Source: Alphaproteobacteria bacterium
GTDB taxonomy: Bacteria > Pseudomonadota > Alphaproteobacteria > UBA828
DNA: 64,000 nucleotides
Direction: 5' to 3'
Assembly (NCBI GenBank): GCA_965214705.1
Contig: OZ243972.1
Location: 832,001-896,000, forward strand
Shown here in pieces: positions 58,024-64,000 of this stretch. Positions within the stretch are counted from its first letter, which is position 1. Each line of letters opens with the position of its first letter. The position numbers and the translations under genes were made by a program. Under the pieces are notes generated by a model. That model was not told where the DNA came from. It was given only the letters and a program-made list of their open reading frames with translations, and did no database searches.

Positions 58024-60119
58024 CCCATCTTTGCCACTTTTCGGTCCCGAAGGCCTGATTTTGGGTAGCCTTTGGGATCTAAGGCACTGATTTTGTTGGA
58101 TTGTGTTTTGGGAAGTCCATTGTAGTGCCATAATCTTTGGTCTGTGGGCCGGCGCTCCTTGACAGTCCGCAAACTGTCCGTGACCCTGCCGCCATGTTCA
58201 TTCGCAAAACCCTCACCGGTCGCGGAGACGGTGGCGAGCGCTATGCCACCTACCGCCTCGTGCGCAGCGAACGCATCGGCGGAAGGGTGCGCCAGGTCAC
58301 GCTCCTCAATCTCGGCGCCGACTTCGGTGTGCCCGAGGAGCAATGGCGCGAATTGGCGCTTCTGATCGAAACCCTTCTCGCCGGCAGCGAGCCGCTGCTG
58401 GAGCCGGATGCCGCCTTGCGCCCCGTCGCCGAGGACGTCGTACGGCGGCTTCACGCCCGCGATCTCGGCGCGTCGCGGCCCGGGGACGAGAGCGACCTGG
58501 CCACGGTCCGTCTCGATAGCCTCTCCCACGAACAGGTCCGCTCGGTGGGCTGCGAGCGCCTGGCTCTCGCCGCGCTTGACGACCTTCGCTTCATCGAGAC
58601 GCTGGAGAGGCTGGGCGCAAGTGAGCGCGACGCACGCATCGCGGCGGCACTGGTGGTCGCGCGCATGATCCATCCCTCCAGCGAGCGCGAGGCCTTCCGC
58701 TGGCTGAGCGCGAACAGCGCGACCCTGGAGTTGCTCGATGTCGACAGCGGCAAGTCGCTCACGCTCAGCAAGCTCTACCGCATCGGCGACCTCTTGTGGC
58801 GTCACCGCGCGGCGCTTGAAGAGGCGCTGTGCGCCCGGGAGCGCGATCTCTTCGGCATCCCCGACACCATCGTCTTCTTCGACCTGACCAACACCCATAT
58901 GACCGGACGGCCCAGCTCCGCGCTGGCCCGCTTCGGGCGCTCGAAGCAGAGGCGTGACGATTGTCCGATCGTGACCCTGGCCCTGTCGCTGAACCAGGCC
59001 GGCTTTCCGCAGCACAGCGAGATCCTGCCCGGCAACATCTCCGAGCCGGCCACTCTCGCCGACGCCATCGGGCGGCTGGAATGCCAAGCGCGCGGCAGCA
59101 ACGCCCCCAGGCCCACGGTCATCATGGACGCCGGCATCTCCACCGAGGCCAACCTCGCCTGGCTGCGGGCGGGCGGCTATCACTGGATCACCGTTCGCCG
59201 CGGCGTCTCGGCGCCGCCCGGGCGCGAAGCCGATGCCGCCTTCGAAACCCGGGCCGGCCACGATGCCCGCGCCTGGCGTCTCGCGGCAGGGGACGACGAA
59301 GCGCACCTGTGCGTCTGGAGCCATGAGCGCCAGCAGAAGGACGAGGCCGTGCTCGCCCGTCAGCGTCACAACTTCGAGGACGCCCTGCGCGCCCTGCATG
59401 GCGGGCTGTCGAAGAAGAACCACATCAAGCAGTTCACCAAGGTGATGGAGAAGCTGGGCCGGCTGAAGGAAAGGTACAGGCGCGTCCACCGTCAGTACGA
59501 CATCGAGGTCGAGCCCGGAGAGAAGGGGCGGGCCAGTGCGGTCCGCTGGAGGCGCAACGCTCTCCATGCCGAGCGCGACCGCCAAGCGGGCATCTATGTG
59601 CTGCGCACCAGCCACGTCGAGTGGGATCTTGAAACCGTGGTCCGAACCTACTGGAAGCTCACAGAGCTCGAGGCCACCTTCCGCAGCCTGAAATCCGAAA
59701 TCGGCCTGCGCCCGGTCTGGCACTCCAAGACCTCGCGCATCGCCGCCCACCTGTTCATCGCCGTCCTCGCCTACCACGCGGTTCATCTGCTGCGAACCCG
59801 TCTGGCGGCGCACGGCTTGCATGACCGCTGGAGTACGATCCGCGACAAGCTCGCGGGCTGGGTGCGTCTCACCTCCACCATCCGGGAGGTGGACGGAAAC
59901 CGCATCGTCATCCGCCAGGATGCTCAACCCGACGCCGAGGCGCGCGTCATCGCGCAGGCGGCGGGCCTCACGGTGGATCCCCACAGGCGCCGGGCCGTGC
60001 TCCCGGGAGTGTCGCGATGAGCGCACAAACGTAGTGCCATAATCCCAGATGGGCCAGAAAATCAGCCCATCATCGCAACTACTTAGGTCGCAGGCGCGCG
60101 CCAAAATGGCAAAGATGGG
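58024..60119 (+). mobile_element. IS1634-family element, type B copy 1 (transposase 58194-60020)
   Basis: IRs CCCATCTTTGCCA, TSD TTGA, 2096 bp. Confidence 0.93.
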
Positions 60120-60183
60120 TTGAGAAGATCGAAGGCCTTTCGGATGCAGGTGAGCATGCCGAGCGCAAGCACGTCGATCTTGA

Positions 60184-62279
60184 CCCATCTTTGCCACTTT
60201 TCGGTCCCGAAGGCCTGATTTTGGGTAGCCTTTGGGATCTAAGGCACTGATTTTGTTGGATTGTGTTTTGGGAAGTCCATTGTAGTGCCATAATCTTTGG
60301 TCTGTGGGCCGGCGCTCCTTGACAGTCCGCAAACTGTCCGTGACCCTGCCGCCATGTTCATTCGCAAAACCCTCACCGGTCGCGGAGACGGTGGCGAGCG
60401 CTATGCCACCTACCGCCTCGTGCGCAGCGAACGCATCGGCGGAAGGGTGCGCCAGGTCACGCTCCTCAATCTCGGCGCCGACTTCGGTGTGCCCGAGGAG
60501 CAATGGCGCGAATTGGCGCTTCTGATCGAAACCCTTCTCGCCGGCAGCGAGCCGCTGCTGGAGCCGGATGCCGCCTTGCGCCCCGTCGCCGAGGACGTCG
60601 TACGGCGGCTTCACGCCCGCGATCTCGGCGCGTCGCGGCCCGGGGACGAGAGCGACCTGGCCACGGTCCGTCTCGATAGCCTCTCCCACGAACAGGTCCG
60701 CTCGGTGGGCTGCGAGCGCCTGGCTCTCGCCGCGCTTGACGACCTTCGCTTCATCGAGACGCTGGAGAGGCTGGGCGCAAGTGAGCGCGACGCACGCATC
60801 GCGGCGGCACTGGTGGTCGCGCGCATGATCCATCCCTCCAGCGAGCGCGAGGCCTTCCGCTGGCTGAGCGCGAACAGCGCGACCCTGGAGTTGCTCGATG
60901 TCGACAGCGGCAAGTCGCTCACGCTCAGCAAGCTCTACCGCATCGGCGACCTCTTGTGGCGTCACCGCGCGGCGCTTGAAGAGGCGCTGTGCGCCCGGGA
61001 GCGCGATCTCTTCGGCATCCCCGACACCATCGTCTTCTTCGACCTGACCAACACCCATATGACCGGACGGCCCAGCTCCGCGCTGGCCCGCTTCGGGCGC
61101 TCGAAGCAGAGGCGTGACGATTGTCCGATCGTGACCCTGGCCCTGTCGCTGAACCAGGCCGGCTTTCCGCAGCACAGCGAGATCCTGCCCGGCAACATCT
61201 CCGAGCCGGCCACTCTCGCCGACGCCATCGGGCGGCTGGAATGCCAAGCGCGCGGCAGCAACGCCCCCAGGCCCACGGTCATCATGGACGCCGGCATCTC
61301 CACCGAGGCCAACCTCGCCTGGCTGCGGGCGGGCGGCTATCACTGGATCACCGTTCGCCGCGGCGTCTCGGCGCCGCCCGGGCGCGAAGCCGATGCCGCC
61401 TTCGAAACCCGGGCCGGCCACGATGCCCGCGCCTGGCGTCTCGCGGCAGGGGACGACGAAGCGCACCTGTGCGTCTGGAGCCATGAGCGCCAGCAGAAGG
61501 ACGAGGCCGTGCTCGCCCGTCAGCGTCACAACTTCGAGGACGCCCTGCGCGCCCTGCATGGCGGGCTGTCGAAGAAGAACCACATCAAGCAGTTCACCAA
61601 GGTGATGGAGAAGCTGGGCCGGCTGAAGGAAAGGTACAGGCGCGTCCACCGTCAGTACGACATCGAGGTCGAGCCCGGAGAGAAGGGGCGGGCCAGTGCG
61701 GTCCGCTGGAGGCGCAACGCTCTCCATGCCGAGCGCGACCGCCAAGCGGGCATCTATGTGCTGCGCACCAGCCACGTCGAGTGGGATCTTGAAACCGTGG
61801 TCCGAACCTACTGGAAGCTCACAGAGCTCGAGGCCACCTTCCGCAGCCTGAAATCCGAAATCGGCCTGCGCCCGGTCTGGCACTCCAAGACCTCGCGCAT
61901 CGCCGCCCACCTGTTCATCGCCGTCCTCGCCTACCACGCGGTTCATCTGCTGCGAACCCGTCTGGCGGCGCACGGCTTGCATGACCGCTGGAGTACGATC
62001 CGCGACAAGCTCGCGGGCTGGGTGCGTCTCACCTCCACCATCCGGGAGGTGGACGGAAACCGCATCGTCATCCGCCAGGATGCTCAACCCGACGCCGAGG
62101 CGCGCGTCATCGCGCAGGCGGCGGGCCTCACGGTGGATCCCCACAGGCGCCGGGCCGTGCTCCCGGGAGTGTCGCGATGAGCGCACAAACGTAGTGCCAT
62201 AATCCCAGATGGGCCAGAAAATCAGCCCATCATCGCAACTACTTAGGTCGCAGGCGCGCGCCAAAATGGCAAAGATGGG
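60184..62279 (+). mobile_element. IS1634-family element, type B copy 2 (transposase 60354-62180)
   Basis: Same translated protein and ends as copy 1; has its own TSD TTGA. Confidence 0.93.
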
Positions 62280-63825
62280 TTGAGTATGCCGAGCGCGTCG
62301 ATGTCGTCCTTGTCCCATTCGATGATCGTCCGCTCTTCCATTGCCGCGTTCTCGACCGGGCAAAGCTCGTCGAGCCGGCCGCGCGTGACGACGAAGCCGC
62401 CGACATGCTGCGAGAGGTGACGCGGAAAGCCGACGATCTCCCGCGCCAGCTCCAGGGCCTGCCTGAGCCGCCGGTCGCCGGCGGCGAGGCCGGCGGCCTT
62501 CGCGCGGTCCTCGTCGATGCCCCGGCTCGAGATGCCCCAGACCTGGCTCGACAGCGCCGCGACCGCGTCCCCGGAAAGCCCCATGGCTTTGCCCACCTCG
62601 CGGATCGCCGCGCGCCACCGGAAATGAATGACCGTCGAGCAGATGCCGGCGCGGTGGCGTCCGTACTTCTCGTAGATGTGCTGAATGACCTCCTCGCGGC
62701 GTTCGTGCTCGAAATCGACGTCGATATCGGGCGGCTCGTTACGAGCCTCGGAGACGAAGCGCTCGAAGACCATCGAGATCGTCTCCGGCGACGCCTCGGT
62801 GACGCCGAGCGCGTAGCAGACGGCCGAGTTCGCCGCCGAGCCGCGGCCCTGGCAGAGAATGCCCCTGGACCGCGCGAAGGCGACGATGTCGCGGACGGTG
62901 AGGAAGTACCGCGCGTAGTCGAGACCGGCGATCATGCCGAGCTCTTTCTCGACGAGGGCGCGGACCTTCAGCGGAACGCCGCCGGGGTAGCGCTCGACAA
63001 GCCCGGCCTCGGTCAACCGCCGCAGGCGATCGTCGGGCTCAAGGCCGTCGGCGACCTCGTCGGGGTACTCGTATTTCAGTTCGTCGAGCGAGAACCCGCA
63101 CTGCCCGGCGATGCGGCACGCGTTCTCGACCGCCTCGCCGTGCGCGTGGAAAAGGCGGCGCATCTCGAATTCGGACTTGAGGCGGCGTTCCGCGTTCGGC
63201 TGCGCCAGGCGGCCGAGCCGGTCGACGGTCGTCTTCTCCCGGATGCAGGAGAGCACGTCGGCAAGCCGCCGCCGGCCGCCCCGGTGCATCAGCGCGTCGC
63301 CGATCGCGGCGGCGGGAACGCCAGCGCGCGCGGCGATCCGGCGGCGCTCCGCGAAGCGGTTCTCGTCCTCGCCGTCGTAGCGCGGCGCCATGCCGAGATG
63401 GACGAAGCCCGGGAACGCGTTGGCGAGCCGCGCGGCAGTCCAGTGGAGGTCCCGGTCGCCGGCGACGACAAGCACGCTGCCCTGCGCCCATTCCAGGACG
63501 TCGTCGAGGCCGAGATCGCAGCGGCCCTTCACGGTGCGGCGCTTGCCGACCGTGAGCAGCCGGCAGAGCCTTCCGTAAGCCGGGCGAGCCGTCGGATAGG
63601 CGAGAATCTCGGCGCCGCATCCGAGCGCCAACCGCGCGCCGACGATGTAGCGGACCCCGAGCTCCTTCGCCGCGGCGTGGCCGCGCACGATCCCGGCAAA
63701 GCTGTTCGTGTCCGTAATGGCGATGCCGGCGAGGCCGAGTTCATGGGCGCGGACGACGTACTCGTCCGGGTGCGAGGCGCCGGTCAGAAACGTGAAGTTG
63801 CTGGTGACGGAAAGCTCGACGTAGC

Positions 63826-64000
63826 TCACGGGAACCTGCCTGCCACGAACCAGTCCAGCGGCCGTTCGCCGGGATGGCTCATCAGCCACAATCGCGGCCC
63901 GCTGCGCGTCTGGACCCGCCAGTAGTCTCGGATGCGGGGATCTCCCGCCTTCCACCATTCCGGCGCCAACCGCTCGGGACCTATCGCGCTCTTCGTTTCG
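63826..64000 (-). CDS. imuB: ImuB (Y-family polymerase-like) C-terminus, partial
   Basis: Read by hand: GPERLAPEWW..RDYWRVQ..GPRLWL..WFVAGRFP*; stop overlaps the dnaE2 GTG. Confidence 0.8.
   Translation of the reverse strand, partial: ETKSAIGPERLAPEWWKAGDPRIRDYWRVQTRSGPRLWLMSHPGERPLDWFVAGRFP

Larger units (their letters stand above)
54202..63829 (-). pseudogene. dnaE2: Error-prone DNA polymerase DnaE2/ImuC interrupted by three IS1634 elements
   Basis: [60 protein letters not shown] and C-terminal SRDFH. Four segments rejoin in frame. Confidence 0.93.

Noticed and set aside
58024-62279. Tandem duplication or plain assembly repeat
   Set aside because: Each copy has its own TSD and the spacer is unique in-frame dnaE2 sequence.
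56988-62618. 1876-aa minus-strand ORF with an internal repeat
   Set aside because: Antisense shadow of the twin IS1634 transposases in GC-rich DNA; no independent motifs.

Overview
GC-rich bacterial window, probably alphaproteobacterial judging by gene content. (i) 1-8.1 kb is ordinary chromosome: a coxM/S/L-type molybdo-flavoenzyme operon, methylmalonyl-CoA mutase, an Atm1-type ABC exporter and meaB, ending in a broken amidase gene. From there on it is an IS-riddled accessory region. (ii) 8.3-22.1 kb is a zinc-starvation island of two convergent operons, each headed by a Zur-like box: zur-aztABC-COG0523-WD40-DUF1289 and folE-hisI-COG0523-DUF1826-DUF1636. zur is split by an IS1634 element, and an IS110 with a candidate bridge-RNA region sits in the second leader. 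(iii) 22.4-25.6 kb holds a eukaryote-type sterol C-24 methyltransferase divergent from a GPP34/GOLPH3-cytochrome P450 fusion that is truncated before its heme cysteine; this is the best candidate for an undescribed system. (iv) 27-41 kb is a decayed defence island: ThsB-like TIR, AbiEi plus an AbiEii-WYL-Zn-finger fusion, a pPIWI-nuclease-like remnant and a coiled-coil protein with a RelE-like tail. (v) 42-64 kb carries a Rieske oxygenase, secreted proteins and a mobile-element-type backbone (HU, recD2 pseudogene, integrase remnant, extra sigma-70, imuB-dnaE2). dnaE2 carries three clean IS1634 insertions. No rRNA, tRNA or CRISPR array was seen. All family calls come from motif recognition by eye; no database search was run.
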